Origin: an uncultured Candidatus Binatia bacterium
Lineage (GTDB): Bacteria; Desulfobacterota; Binatia; Bin18
Length of the DNA: 64,000 bases
Direction of reading: 5' to 3'
NCBI GenBank assembly: GCA_965207575.1
Contig: OZ242288.1
Span: 2,342,241-2,406,240 of the forward strand
Shown here in pieces: positions 11,372 through 19,849 of this stretch. Under the pieces are notes generated by a model that had not been told where the DNA came from, made no database searches, and saw only the letters and a list, made by a program, of their open reading frames with translations. A program made the translations under genes and the position numbers. Each line of letters begins with the position of its first letter. Position 1 is the first letter of the stretch.

Positions 11372-11470
11372 GAAACATGAGGGGATTGACTAGGAAAGGG
11401 CGCAGTGGTAGAGCTCAGAGCCTCGTTTAGGGTAAGGCACGCTCGCTAGCCTCCTTCGTCCTTGTATGTA

Positions 11471-11542
11471 GGGCGGTTAGCTCAGAGGAAGAGCATCGGC
11501 CTTACAAGCCGAGGGCCATCCGTTCAAATCGGATACCGCCCA
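11471..11542 (+). tRNA. tRNA-Val (anticodon TAC)
   Basis: Acceptor GGGCGGT/ACCGCCC; anticodon stem TCGGC/GCCGA with loop CTTACAA; T-loop TTCAAAT. Confidence 0.8.
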
Positions 11543-11548
11543 TATGGT

Positions 11549-11626
11549 GGGGTCGTAGTTCAGCTGGTTTAGAACGCCGGCCTGTCACGCCGGAGGTCGC
11601 GAGTTCGAGTCTCGTCGGCCCCGCCA
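11549..11626 (+). tRNA. tRNA-Asp (anticodon GTC), CCA encoded
   Basis: Acceptor GGGGTCG/CGGCCCC; anticodon stem CCGGC/GCCGG with loop CTGTCAC; 3' GCCA. Confidence 0.85.
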
Positions 11627-11660
11627 TCCCCCATACCTGTCGATGAAAGTGCTGTGATCT

Positions 11661-12095
11661 ATGAAGAAAGAAACGCAAACATTACCTCAAGAACAAGCGC
11701 TCTCCGCACGCCCTTGGTATCTGGTCGACGCGAAGGACCAAGTCGTCGGGCGTCTTGCAAGTAATATCGCGAGCGCCTTACGAGGGAAGGGAAATCCCGC
11801 CTTTTCTCCCCATACTGACACTGGAGACTTTATTGTCGTCATTAATGCACGCCACGTGAGGCTGACGGGGAAGAAGCTTCAAGATAAACAATACTACCGG
11901 CATACGGGATACCCGGGCGGTATACGACAGCGATCTGCGGAACAGCTGATCAAATCGTCCCCTGAATACATCCTGAAAAAGGCGGTAGCCGGGATGTTGC
12001 CGAAGAATGCTCTTGGACGCAAGTTGGTAAAGAAATTGAAAATCTATCCTGACGCATCCCACCCTCACGCCGCCCAGATGCCCATCGCTCAATAA
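11661..12095 (+). CDS. rplM: 50S ribosomal protein L13
   Basis: PWYLVDAKDQVVGRLAS...KKLQDKQYYRHTGYPGG. Confidence 0.93.
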   Translation: MKKETQTLPQEQALSARPWYLVDAKDQVVGRLASNIASALRGKGNPAFSPHTDTGDFIVVINARHVRLTGKKLQDKQYYRHTGYPGGIRQRSAEQLIKSSPEYILKKAVAGMLPKNALGRKLVKKLKIYPDASHPHAAQMPIAQ

Positions 12096-12134
12096 AGAGT
12101 AGAGGCCGAGAAAGAGAGAAGGAAGGCGCTTTGT

Positions 12135-12533
12135 ATGGCTGAGAATCAATCAGAGTGTTGGGGAACTGGAAAACGAAAAACAGCGATTGCCAGAGTTCGC
12201 CTGCTTCCTGGGGAAGGGCGGTATACCGTCAACAAAAAGGCCCTTGACGAATATTTTGGCCGTGAAGCAATCCGGATGATTGCGCGGCAGCCGCTCATTG
12301 TGACGCAAACGGAAGACCAATACGATGTCAAGGCCAACGTCCAAGGGGGCGGAAACTCTGCCCAAGCTGCGGCTATTCGCCATGGGGTTACCCGTGCCCT
12401 TCTCAAAGCCAACCCGGACTTTCGGACCCCCCTGAAAAAAGAAGGATTTATTACCCGCGACTCACGAAAAGTTGAGCGCAAGAAGTATGGCAGGCACAAA
12501 GCGCGGAAGCGTCCTCAGTATTCAAAGCGCTAG
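12135..12533 (+). CDS. rpsI: 30S ribosomal protein S9
   Basis: [14 protein letters not shown]...; C-terminal [18 protein letters not shown]. Confidence 0.93.
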   Translation: MAENQSECWGTGKRKTAIARVRLLPGEGRYTVNKKALDEYFGREAIRMIARQPLIVTQTEDQYDVKANVQGGGNSAQAAAIRHGVTRALLKANPDFRTPLKKEGFITRDSRKVERKKYGRHKARKRPQYSKR

Positions 12534-12548
12534 GCTCTCATAGGCCAA

Positions 12549-13661
12549 TTAGTCGATGCCGAGAAGGAAATAAATACCGACTAAGCTGAGCGTTCCATTA
12601 GCGAGCCAAGCAGAGAGGGTCGGGGGCAGGATCCCGCCATTACCGAGAGAAACGGTGAGGGCGAGAAAGACCCAGTAGCCAAACCCAACAAGCAGAGCCG
12701 CAGCGAGTGCTGTTGGCACGGTCAGCTGCTTCGCGCCCGGTATCGCAAGTGCTGCCCCTAACAGTGTCATAACAAATGCCGCAAAAGGGATTGCCCCCTT
12801 GAGTTTGAGGTCTACTTGATATTCTGTCGTATCGAGGCCCTTTTGTTGGAGATCTGCGATATAAGCCCTGAGCGCCCGTGATGAAAACTCTTCGGATTTC
12901 ATGGCAACAAGGGAAAAGTCTTCTGGTGTCTCCTTGAGTAGAAGAGATGGCGGGAGCGAACGATACGCATCTTCTCGCTCCAGCGTGCTCTCCTGGACTC
13001 CTTCAAAATACCATCTTCCGTCTCGCCAAGAGGCTTGAGCAATCTTCGTTAAAAACTGCACCTGAAAATTCTCACTGAGGGTATAAATAGTGAGGCCGGA
13101 AAGGACATTCCGGCGTGAATCAAAGTGGTCGATATGGTAGAAGCTATTTGCTCCATGGTACCAGAACCCTCGCGTCTGAAAGAGCCCTTTAAAAGCCTTG
13201 CCTTTAATCTCCACGGTATTGATATAGCGAGACTTGTGAAAGGCGTACGGAACGACACTCTCGTTCCACACCCATCCCCCAAGACTTAATACACTAGCAG
13301 ATACGAGGAGGGGAACAGCCATCTGCCAGGCACTCACACCACAGGCTTTGAGTGCCTGGAGTTCCTTATGGCGGGAGAGCATTCCGAGGCTCAACAGCGA
13401 CCCGGCGAGTGCCGCGGCAGGGACCGCTTGGGTGACAAAAAGGGGTAATTTAAAAAGAAAATAGCTGCCTATAGCAGAGAGGGGTGCTTTGTATTTCACG
13501 AAACTGCTAAAGCGATCAAAAAAATCAATCAGTAGTGAGAGTCCGAGAAAGAGAAGAAGGCAGAGTAAAAAGAGACGAATAAATTCTTTGCACAGATAGA
13601 CTGCGATGAGTCGAGAAGGAAAAGGAAAGCCAGCTTGATCCATAACCCGTGTCAGAGTCAT
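12549..13661 (-). CDS. lptG: LPS export ABC transporter permease LptG (YjgP/YjgQ family)
   Basis: Six-TM permease with a periplasmic beta-jellyroll; N-terminus trimmed to MTLTRVMDQAGFPFPSRLIAVYL; sits downstream of lptF. Confidence 0.75.
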   Translation of the reverse strand: MTLTRVMDQAGFPFPSRLIAVYLCKEFIRLFLLCLLLFLGLSLLIDFFDRFSSFVKYKAPLSAIGSYFLFKLPLFVTQAVPAAALAGSLLSLGMLSRHKELQALKACGVSAWQMAVPLLVSASVLSLGGWVWNESVVPYAFHKSRYINTVEIKGKAFKGLFQTRGFWYHGANSFYHIDHFDSRRNVLSGLTIYTLSENFQVQFLTKIAQASWRDGRWYFEGVQESTLEREDAYRSLPPSLLLKETPEDFSLVAMKSEEFSSRALRAYIADLQQKGLDTTEYQVDLKLKGAIPFAAFVMTLLGAALAIPGAKQLTVPTALAAALLVGFGYWVFLALTVSLGNGGILPPTLSAWLANGTLSLVGIYFLLGID

Positions 13662-14836
13662 TGGACGACAAAAGAGGACAACGGACGCTTGGAAAAACAC
13701 TGTGACAACCAAGCCAGGAGAGGAAAAAGGGGTTTTTCTTGCATCACCCGAGAGAAGAGATAGACACCGAGACCGCCTAAGACGATATTCGGTATCCACA
13801 GGGCAATGGCAGGAGAGAGCACTCCCCTTTCTCCAAACGTCTCCCCGGCAGTAAGCAGCAGATAGTAAAGCAGGATAATGCCGAGGCTTATACCAAATCC
13901 GACCGAACGAAAGGCCCAAGTCGTTCGCACACTCAGGGGAAGAGCGATCAGACTAAAGACCACACATGCAAACGGCAGGGCAAGGCGGCGATGGAATTCA
14001 ACAAGCGCTTTATTATGTTGTGAAGACGCCTCTTGACTCTGAGACAAGCGGTGGAGGAGCTCCGCTATGGTCATATCTTTGGGGCTATGGTTCGGCTCGC
14101 TCACGTGAGCGAGCAGCGCAGCAGTATCCAACGTCACATCATAGACAGAAAAATGGGTGGTCTGATGACCCTTTTCTGCCTGTTGCATACTATGCACAGT
14201 CCCCTTGTTTAAGCGTAGGGTCAATAGATTTCCTTCAGCACTCGGAACGATGAGGCCATTGTGAGCAAAAATGGTATCTTTTCTATGTGGAGTCCGACTA
14301 TCAGCGATCATGATCCCCTTGAGAACCGTCCCCGGTGGTTCAATTTCTTCCGCATAGATAACCAGACCTGAAAATTCACTATTGAACGTCTTTTCTTTTA
14401 AGCCTGCGGTTGCTCGTGTTTTCGAAACATCATAGAACACACGATCGAGTCCGGCGTTACTCCACGGACGGACAGAGAGCGTGAGGAAAAAAGAGCTCCC
14501 TAAAAGGACCACTGTCAGCAGAGAAAGCGGTACGGCCATTTGAGAAAGACTCATACCACAACTTTTCAGCGCAATGATTTCCCTATCTGTTGAGAGTCGG
14601 CCAAATCCCCACAGAATGGCAAGGAGGAAGGCCATCGGTACTGTCACTTCGAGAAAAGAAGGAAGGACGAAAAACAGCATTTTACTGATATGCAGGATTG
14701 ATACGCCCCGACTGATGACTAAATCAATGAGTTCCAGGATACGCGCCGTGAACAAAATACAGGTAAAGATGAGCAAGCTGAGACAGAAAGGGAGAGCAAT
14801 TTCGAGGAAGATATAGCGTGTCAGAATTTTGCCCAT
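13658..14836 (-). CDS. lptF: LPS export ABC transporter permease LptF (YjgP/YjgQ family)
   Basis: MGKILTRYIFLEIALPFCLSLLIF aligns with the LptF N-terminus (M..I..RYL); the ORF extends further upstream but the homology starts here. Confidence 0.75.
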   Translation of the reverse strand: MGKILTRYIFLEIALPFCLSLLIFTCILFTARILELIDLVISRGVSILHISKMLFFVLPSFLEVTVPMAFLLAILWGFGRLSTDREIIALKSCGMSLSQMAVPLSLLTVVLLGSSFFLTLSVRPWSNAGLDRVFYDVSKTRATAGLKEKTFNSEFSGLVIYAEEIEPPGTVLKGIMIADSRTPHRKDTIFAHNGLIVPSAEGNLLTLRLNKGTVHSMQQAEKGHQTTHFSVYDVTLDTAALLAHVSEPNHSPKDMTIAELLHRLSQSQEASSQHNKALVEFHRRLALPFACVVFSLIALPLSVRTTWAFRSVGFGISLGIILLYYLLLTAGETFGERGVLSPAIALWIPNIVLGGLGVYLFSRVMQEKPLFPLLAWLSQCFSKRPLSSFVVQ

Positions 14837-15587
14837 GAAACGAAATCCTAGAAGAAATACGTTGCACTGTAAATCGCGTGTCATATATGGACTCCGCCCT
14901 CTCAACGAGTACCTCCGGACACAGCCAGAAACAATTGAGACCATCCATGCTCTCCGGTCGCAGAGAACGGAGAGCATCATTCAATATGCTCGACAGCTTC
15001 GCATACCCATTCAATACCAATCCACAGCTTTCCTTGATGCCCTCACACACGAGGGGAATCACCAAGGAATCGCTGCTCAGATGCGTCCGTTTCGGTATGC
15101 TGCCCTGACTGAGCTGATACAGCGCCCAGTAGACTGTATTCTGGTACTCGATGAGATAGTGGACCCTCGGAATCTTGGAGCGCTACTCAGAACAGCGGAG
15201 TCAGCGAAGGTTGGAGGCGTGATATTGACGAAACGACGTTCTGCGCAACTCTCGGCAAGTGTTGAAAAAGCCGCCGCTGGGGCAACAGCATATCTTCCTA
15301 TATGTCGAGTCGGAAATTTGCAGCATGCCCTCATGGCCTTAAAACAAGCGAATTTCTGGCTTGTCGGACTCAATCCGCAGGCAAGCTCCACAGTGTATGA
15401 TCTCGATATGCATGGAAAGGTCGCCCTCGTCCTAGGTGGTGAAGGGAAGGGAATACGCCCGCTCGTCCAGGACACCTGTGATTACTTAGTATCAATACCG
15501 ATGGAAGGACAGCTCTCCTCTCTGAATGTTTCTGTCGCCGGTGCCATCGTACTCTATGAACGGCTCCGTCAAATTCGTACGTCGTAG
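14835..15587 (+). CDS. rlmB: 23S rRNA (guanosine-2'-O)-methyltransferase RlmB (SpoU/TrmH family)
   Basis: VIYGLRPLNEYL N-terminus; SpoU motifs LVLDEIVDPRNLGALLRTAE, LVLGGEGKGIRPL, SIPMEGQLSSLNVSVAGAIVLYE. Confidence 0.8.
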   Translation: MKRNPRRNTLHCKSRVIYGLRPLNEYLRTQPETIETIHALRSQRTESIIQYARQLRIPIQYQSTAFLDALTHEGNHQGIAAQMRPFRYAALTELIQRPVDCILVLDEIVDPRNLGALLRTAESAKVGGVILTKRRSAQLSASVEKAAAGATAYLPICRVGNLQHALMALKQANFWLVGLNPQASSTVYDLDMHGKVALVLGGEGKGIRPLVQDTCDYLVSIPMEGQLSSLNVSVAGAIVLYERLRQIRTS

Positions 15588-15716
15588 TACTAGAAAGTCT
15601 CATAGAAGCGTCATTGCTTGTCGTCAGGTTGTTTTTTTGCTAGTTATCCGTAAGATATAGAAATTGAAGGGATTTTTCTTTTCGAAGAGGAAAGAGCTTA
15701 AGAGATTTCATTGCTA

Positions 15717-15745
15717 TTGACTGCCGGAATGAGCTAGGGTAGGAT
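15717..15745 (+). promoter_or_regulatory. Candidate sigma-70 promoter for the tRNA-tuf transcription unit
   Basis: TTGACT-N17-TAGGAT, about 105 bp upstream of tRNA-Thr. Confidence 0.25.
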
Positions 15746-15803
15746 GGACCGCTCGTCTGAGATATAACAAGGTTTCGTTTGAAAAGGCCCTGAAATCTAC
15801 ATA

Positions 15804-15829
15804 ATTATTGAGCTACATTATTGAGCTAC
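15804..15829 (+). repeat. Perfect tandem duplication of a 13-bp unit (ATTATTGAGCTAC, two copies) just upstream of the tRNA-Thr gene
   Basis: Read directly: ATTATTGAGCTAC ATTATTGAGCTAC; each copy contains a TTGAGC -35-like hexamer. Confidence 0.8.
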
Positions 15830-15849
15830 GGAAAATCATACCCGGTCAC

Positions 15850-15921
15850 GCTGGCGTAGCTCAACGGTAGAGCAACTGATTTGTAATCAGTAGGTTGTAG
15901 GTTCAATTCCTATCGCCAGCT
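15850..15921 (+). tRNA. tRNA-Thr (anticodon TGT)
   Basis: Acceptor GCTGGCG/CGCCAGC; anticodon stem ACTGA/TCAGT with loop TTTGTAA. Confidence 0.85.
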
Positions 15922-15947
15922 TTCGTCGAGATGAAAACCGTGCTCAT

Positions 15948-16030
15948 GGAGAGGTGCCCGAGCGGCCAAAGGGAGCAGACTGTAAATCTGCCGGCATATG
16001 CCTTCGAAGGTTCGAATCCTTCCCTCTCCA
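15948..16030 (+). tRNA. tRNA-Tyr (anticodon GTA), class II
   Basis: Acceptor GGAGAGG/CCTCTCC; anticodon stem GCAGA/TCTGC with loop CTGTAAA; long variable arm. Confidence 0.85.
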
Positions 16031-16053
16031 CTCTAAAACAGGGAAGACTTTGG

Positions 16054-16130
16054 GCGGGAATAGCTCAGTTGGCTAGAGCGCGAGCCTTCCAAGCTCGGGG
16101 TCGCGGGTTCGAGTCCCGTTTCCCGCTCCA
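16054..16130 (+). tRNA. tRNA-Gly (anticodon TCC), CCA encoded
   Basis: Acceptor GCGGGAA/TTCCCGC; anticodon stem CGAGC/GCTCG with loop CTTCCAA. Confidence 0.85.
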
Positions 16131-16236
16131 ATATTTTGCAAGAGGGAACAGGATTTCCTTAATACCGCTTCTGGTATCTTGTAGGACAGACACCGCATTC
16201 TATAGGTTATGACGAAGTGAGAAAATTGACTCCAAT

Positions 16237-16309
16237 GCCCAGGTAGCTCAGTAGGTAGAGCACGTCCTTGGTAAGGACGAGGTCGGCGGTTCAAGCCCGC
16301 TCCTGGGCT
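16237..16309 (+). tRNA. tRNA-Thr (anticodon GGT)
   Basis: Acceptor GCCCAGG/CCTGGGC; anticodon stem CGTCC/GGACG with loop TTGGTAA. Confidence 0.85.
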
Positions 16310-16387
16310 TGTCCCATTTTCACGAAAGAAACAGAATATTAAAAGCTTGACTGTTGGGAAGGTTGGGACACGTTTCTCACTGTTGAG

Positions 16388-17595
16388 CGCATTACGCAGA
16401 AAGGGAGAGAGATGGCGAAGGAGCGGTTTGAGCGGACGAAGCCGCACATGAATGTGGGGACGATCGGGCATATTGACCATGGGAAGACGACGCTGACGGC
16501 GGCGATCACGAAAGTGTTGGCCGAGCGGGCGATGGCCGAGGCGGTGGCGTTTGACGAGATTGACAAAGCGCCGGAGGAGAAGGAGCGGGGGATCACGATC
16601 AACACGGCGCACGTGGAATATGAGACCGAGCAGCGGCACTATGCGCACGTGGACTGTCCGGGGCATGCGGACTATATCAAGAACATGATCACCGGGGCGG
16701 CGCAGATGGACGGCGCGATATTGGTCGTGGCAGCCTCGGACGGGCCGATGCCGCAGACGCGGGAGCATATTCTCTTGGCGCGGCAAGTGGGAGTGCCGGC
16801 GATCGTGGTGTTCATGAACAAGGTAGACATGGTGGATGACGAGGAGTTGTTGGATTTAGTCGAGTTAGAGATGCGGGAGTTACTATCGAAGTATGACTTT
16901 CCGGGCGATGAGACGCCGATCATTCGGGGGAGTGCGCTGCGGGCCCTGGAAGGGGAAGCCGACGGAGAAGCCCAGGTGTTGGAATTGATGGAAGCCGTAG
17001 ACAGTTTTATTCCCGAGCCGGCGCGGGATGTGGACCAAGAGTTTTTGATGTCCGTCGAAGACGTGTTTACGATTTCGGGGCGGGGGACAGTGGCGACGGG
17101 GCGCGTCGAGCGCGGGCGGATCAAAGTGGGGGAAGAGGTGGAGATTGTCGGGATACGGGAGACGCAGAAGACGACCGTGACGGGCGTTGAGATGTTCCGC
17201 AAGCTTTTAGATGAAGGAGTGGCGGGGGACAATGTGGGGTGTTTACTGCGGGGGATCAAGCGGGAGGAGATCGAGCGGGGGCAGGTGTTGGCCAAGCCGG
17301 GGAGTATCACGCCGCACACGAAGTATGAGGCCGAGGTGTATGTGTTGACGAAGGATGAGGGGGGGCGGCACACGCCGTTTTTCAATGGGTATCGGCCACA
17401 GTTTTACTTTCGGACGACAGATGTGACGGGGTCGGTGCTGTTACAGGAGGGGACGGAGATGGTGATGCCGGGGGACAACACACAGATGACGGTGGCGTTA
17501 CTGACCCCGATTGCGATGGATGAGGGGTTACGGTTTGCGATTCGGGAGGGCGGCCGCACGGTGGGGGCTGGGGTCGTCACCAAAATCCTGGAGTA
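16388..17595 (+). repeat. Copy 1 of an approximately 1.2 kb near-identical dispersed repeat, the tuf gene-conversion tract
   Basis: Flanks diverge immediately outside these coordinates; identical ORFs in all frames on both strands. Confidence 0.8.
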
Positions 17596-17596
17596 A
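16412..17596 (+). CDS. tuf: Elongation factor Tu, copy 1 (tufB-like context: tRNA-Thr-Tyr-Gly-Thr, tuf, rpmG, tRNA-Trp, secE, nusG)
   Basis: 394 aa; [22 protein letters not shown] GTPase motifs; protein identical to copy 2. Confidence 0.97.
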   Translation: MAKERFERTKPHMNVGTIGHIDHGKTTLTAAITKVLAERAMAEAVAFDEIDKAPEEKERGITINTAHVEYETEQRHYAHVDCPGHADYIKNMITGAAQMDGAILVVAASDGPMPQTREHILLARQVGVPAIVVFMNKVDMVDDEELLDLVELEMRELLSKYDFPGDETPIIRGSALRALEGEADGEAQVLELMEAVDSFIPEPARDVDQEFLMSVEDVFTISGRGTVATGRVERGRIKVGEEVEIVGIRETQKTTVTGVEMFRKLLDEGVAGDNVGCLLRGIKREEIERGQVLAKPGSITPHTKYEAEVYVLTKDEGGRHTPFFNGYRPQFYFRTTDVTGSVLLQEGTEMVMPGDNTQMTVALLTPIAMDEGLRFAIREGGRTVGAGVVTKILE

Positions 17597-17614
17597 GAGA
17601 AGAGAGAAGCCGTT

Positions 17615-17767
17615 ATGAGAGACCTTGTTGGACTGTCCTGCGAGCGGTGCAAAAATAAAAACTATACCGCAACCAAGAGCAAGAAACTCACTCCCGATAA
17701 ACTTGTTCGACGGAAATTTTGCCCGGTCTGTCACTCTCATACCTCGCATAAAGAAGTCAAGGTGTGA
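17615..17767 (+). CDS. rpmG: 50S ribosomal protein L33 (zinc-ribbon C+ form), 50 aa
   Basis: Translated by hand: MRDLVGLSCERCKNKNYTATKSKKLTPDKLVRRKFCPVCHSHTSHKEVKV; absent from the supplied ORF track (too short). Confidence 0.85.
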   Translation: MRDLVGLSCERCKNKNYTATKSKKLTPDKLVRRKFCPVCHSHTSHKEVKV

Positions 17768-17774
17768 GAGAGGA

Positions 17775-17849
17775 GGGTCAGTAGCTCGAATTGGATAGAG
17801 CACCGGACTCCAAATCCGGGGGTTGCAGGTTCGAGTCCTGCCTGACCCG
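17775..17849 (+). tRNA. tRNA-Trp (anticodon CCA)
   Basis: Acceptor GGGTCAG/CTGACCC; anticodon stem CCGGA/TCCGG with loop CTCCAAA. Confidence 0.85.
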
Positions 17850-17898
17850 TTCCCTTTGGGCAGGTGCGTTTCCTCTAGCGAGATGAGGATAGTACGAT

Positions 17899-18093
17899 AT
17901 GGGTGCGTTTGAGACAGCGCGGGCATATTGCCAAGAGGCGTGGGCAGAGACCCAGAAGGTCCATTGGCCGAGCCGCAAAGAGGTCCGCTCGGCGACGCTG
18001 GTTGTACTCCTCCTTGTTGCAATCGTTGCACTGTTCTTGTTCTCGGTCGATGCTGTGCTGTCGTGGCTGTTTCGCTCGTTCCTGGGAAATTAA
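17899..18093 (+). CDS. secE: Preprotein translocase subunit SecE
   Basis: 64 aa, single C-terminal TM helix; ETQKVHWPSRKEV motif; canonical position before nusG. Confidence 0.85.
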   Translation: MGAFETARAYCQEAWAETQKVHWPSRKEVRSATLVVLLLVAIVALFLFSVDAVLSWLFRSFLGN

Positions 18094-18119
18094 CTATCAG
18101 CATAAAGGGGCCTGAGGTT

Positions 18120-18659
18120 ATGGGCAAGCAATGGTATATCGTCCATACCTATTCTGGGTACGAACGCAAAGCGAAAGCCGCTTTAGAGGAACGTATTCGG
18201 ACTCTGGGGAAGCAGGAAGCGTTTGGGGACGTGCTAGTGCCAGAGGAGCAAGTCGTTGAGTTAGTAAAAGGAAAAAAGCGCACATCGGCTCGGAAATTTT
18301 TTCCGGGTTACATCCTCGTACAGATGGAGATGAATGATGAGACTTGGCATGTTGTCCGGTCGACGCCCAAAGTGACTGGATTTGTTGGTGGAACAAACGA
18401 CCCTCAGACTATTCCGTCAGTGTCAGAAGCCGAGGTGTCCGAGATTCACCAGCAAGTTCAAGAGGGGGCCTTGCGGCCTAAGCCAAAAATCTCATTTGCG
18501 ACAGGAGAGGGCGTAAAAGTTGTTGATGGTCCTTTTCAGGACTTTACTGGCGTTGTTGAGGAAGTGAAGCCGGATAAGGGGAAGTTGCGCGTCTTGATTA
18601 GTATATTTGGTCGGGCCACTCCGGTTGAGCTCGATCTTGTCCAAGTTGAAAAAGCATAA
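18120..18659 (+). CDS. nusG: Transcription termination/antitermination factor NusG
   Basis: MGKQWYIVHTYSGYERKAKAALEERI NGN domain plus C-terminal KOW (GEGVKVVDGPFQDFTGVVEEV); start trimmed from the longer ORF. Confidence 0.92.
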   Translation: MGKQWYIVHTYSGYERKAKAALEERIRTLGKQEAFGDVLVPEEQVVELVKGKKRTSARKFFPGYILVQMEMNDETWHVVRSTPKVTGFVGGTNDPQTIPSVSEAEVSEIHQQVQEGALRPKPKISFATGEGVKVVDGPFQDFTGVVEEVKPDKGKLRVLISIFGRATPVELDLVQVEKA

Positions 18660-18675
18660 GTAATGGTGAGAAGCG

Positions 18676-19101
18676 ATGGCAAAGAAAATAGACACAACGA
18701 TCAAGCTTCAGATTCCAGCTGGACAAGCGAACCCCAGCCCGCCCGTCGGCCCTGCCCTTGGGCAAAGGGGGGTCAATATCATGGAGTTCTGTAAAGCGTT
18801 CAATGCGAAAACACAGGACCAGCAAGGGTTACTGATTCCCGTTGTGATTACTGTTTATGTAGACCGCTCTTTTTCCTTTATCACCAAGACGCCGCCAGCC
18901 TCCACGCTCCTGAAGAAGGCCGCCGGACTGGAAAAAGCCTCCAGTGAGCCAGCGAGGGAGATGAAGGGTTCCGTGACTCAGAAACAGATTGAAGAGATTG
19001 CCACGACGAAGATGCCGGATCTGAATGCGAAAGACCTTGAGGGCGCAATGCGCATTATTGCCGGGACGGCGCGCAGCATGGGAATTGAGGTGGTGAATTG
19101 A
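18676..19101 (+). CDS. rplK: 50S ribosomal protein L11
   Basis: [44 protein letters not shown]. Confidence 0.95.
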   Translation: MAKKIDTTIKLQIPAGQANPSPPVGPALGQRGVNIMEFCKAFNAKTQDQQGLLIPVVITVYVDRSFSFITKTPPASTLLKKAAGLEKASSEPAREMKGSVTQKQIEEIATTKMPDLNAKDLEGAMRIIAGTARSMGIEVVN

Positions 19102-19102
19102 T

Positions 19103-19801
19103 ATGGCTCGAAAAAGCAAAAGCTATCAGTCTGCTCAGGAGAAGGTCGACCGGACCAAGCGCTACCCCTTAGAGGAAGCACTTGTCCTTGCCAGCGAGAC
19201 GAAACGCGCTAAGTTCGATGAGAGTGTCGAACTTGCAGTCCGGCTCGGCGTCGACCCGAGGAAGGCCGACCAAAACATCCGTGGGACAGTGCTCCTTCCT
19301 CATGGAACTGGGAAATCCGTATGTGTTGCTGTCTTCGCCAAAGGGGAAAAGGCCCAAGAGGCCGAGGAAGCGGGTGCTGACGTTGTCGGCGGTGAAGACC
19401 TGGCAAAGCGTATTAGCGATGAAGGTTGGCTGGAGTTCGATAAGGCTGTTGCCACTCCAGACATGATGGGGGTTGTGGGGCGACTCGGAAAAATTCTCGG
19501 GCCACGAGGCCTCATGCCAAACCCGAAAGTTGGGACGGTGACCACAGATATTGCCCAGGCGGTTCAAGACCTGAAGGGCGGCAAGGTCGAATATCGGGTT
19601 GACAAAGCGGGGAATGTGCATGTGCCGATCGGTAAGGCATCATTTGAAAAAGCACAGCTAGTTGACAATGCCCAGTCTCTTCTTGAGAGCTTGGTGCGCG
19701 CGAAGCCTGCTTCAGCAAAAGGCACCTATCTCAGGAGTATTACGGTGAGTACCAGCATGGGACCAGGAGTCCGCGTCGACCCGACTGTATCCTTCCGTTA
19801 A
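19103..19801 (+). CDS. rplA: 50S ribosomal protein L1
   Basis: 232 aa; L1 family ([22 protein letters not shown]...). Confidence 0.95.
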   Translation: MARKSKSYQSAQEKVDRTKRYPLEEALVLASETKRAKFDESVELAVRLGVDPRKADQNIRGTVLLPHGTGKSVCVAVFAKGEKAQEAEEAGADVVGGEDLAKRISDEGWLEFDKAVATPDMMGVVGRLGKILGPRGLMPNPKVGTVTTDIAQAVQDLKGGKVEYRVDKAGNVHVPIGKASFEKAQLVDNAQSLLESLVRAKPASAKGTYLRSITVSTSMGPGVRVDPTVSFR

Positions 19802-19849
19802 GGCGAGGAAGAGCGACGCCATTCATCGCGGCGACACGAAAGAGAAACA

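Noticed and set aside
11398-11460. tRNA-like fragment (GGGCGCAGTGGTAGAGCTCAGAGCC...) upstream of tRNA-Val
   Set aside because: It shares the 5' acceptor and D-arm-like sequence with the adjacent tRNA-Val, but no complete cloverleaf can be folded. It is possibly a degenerate partial duplication and is not called as a gene.
15600-15640. Possible terminator after rlmB (a T7 tract, GTTTTTTTGC)
   Set aside because: I could not find a convincing GC-rich stem immediately upstream of the T-tract, so it is not called.
16340-16411. TTGACT hexamer about 60 bp upstream of tuf copy 1, as a possible promoter
   Set aside because: It has no acceptable -10 at 16-18 bp spacing. tuf copy 1 is more likely transcribed from the tRNA operon promoter.
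16073-16786. 237-aa minus-strand ORF spanning tRNA-Gly, tRNA-Thr and the tuf 5' end, with a 184-aa counterpart at 30164-30718
   Set aside because: It overlaps tRNA genes and tuf. It is an Arg/Pro-rich translation of GC-rich antisense sequence with no homology signal.
16672-17385. 237-aa ORF antisense to tuf copy 1, with an identical one at 30604-31317 antisense to copy 2
   Set aside because: Shadow ORFs created by the extreme G3 bias of tuf. They lie fully inside a highly conserved gene and their product is low-complexity Ser/Thr/Pro.
17928-18119. N-terminal extension of the nusG ORF overlapping secE; similar upstream extensions of lptG (to 13919), rpsC (34822), rpsH (37809), rpoA (44277), trpB (48873), rpsS (34239), rplW (33131) and lon (8882)
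   Set aside because: Homology to the protein families begins at internal start codons that have ribosome-binding sites. The extensions would overlap the upstream genes.
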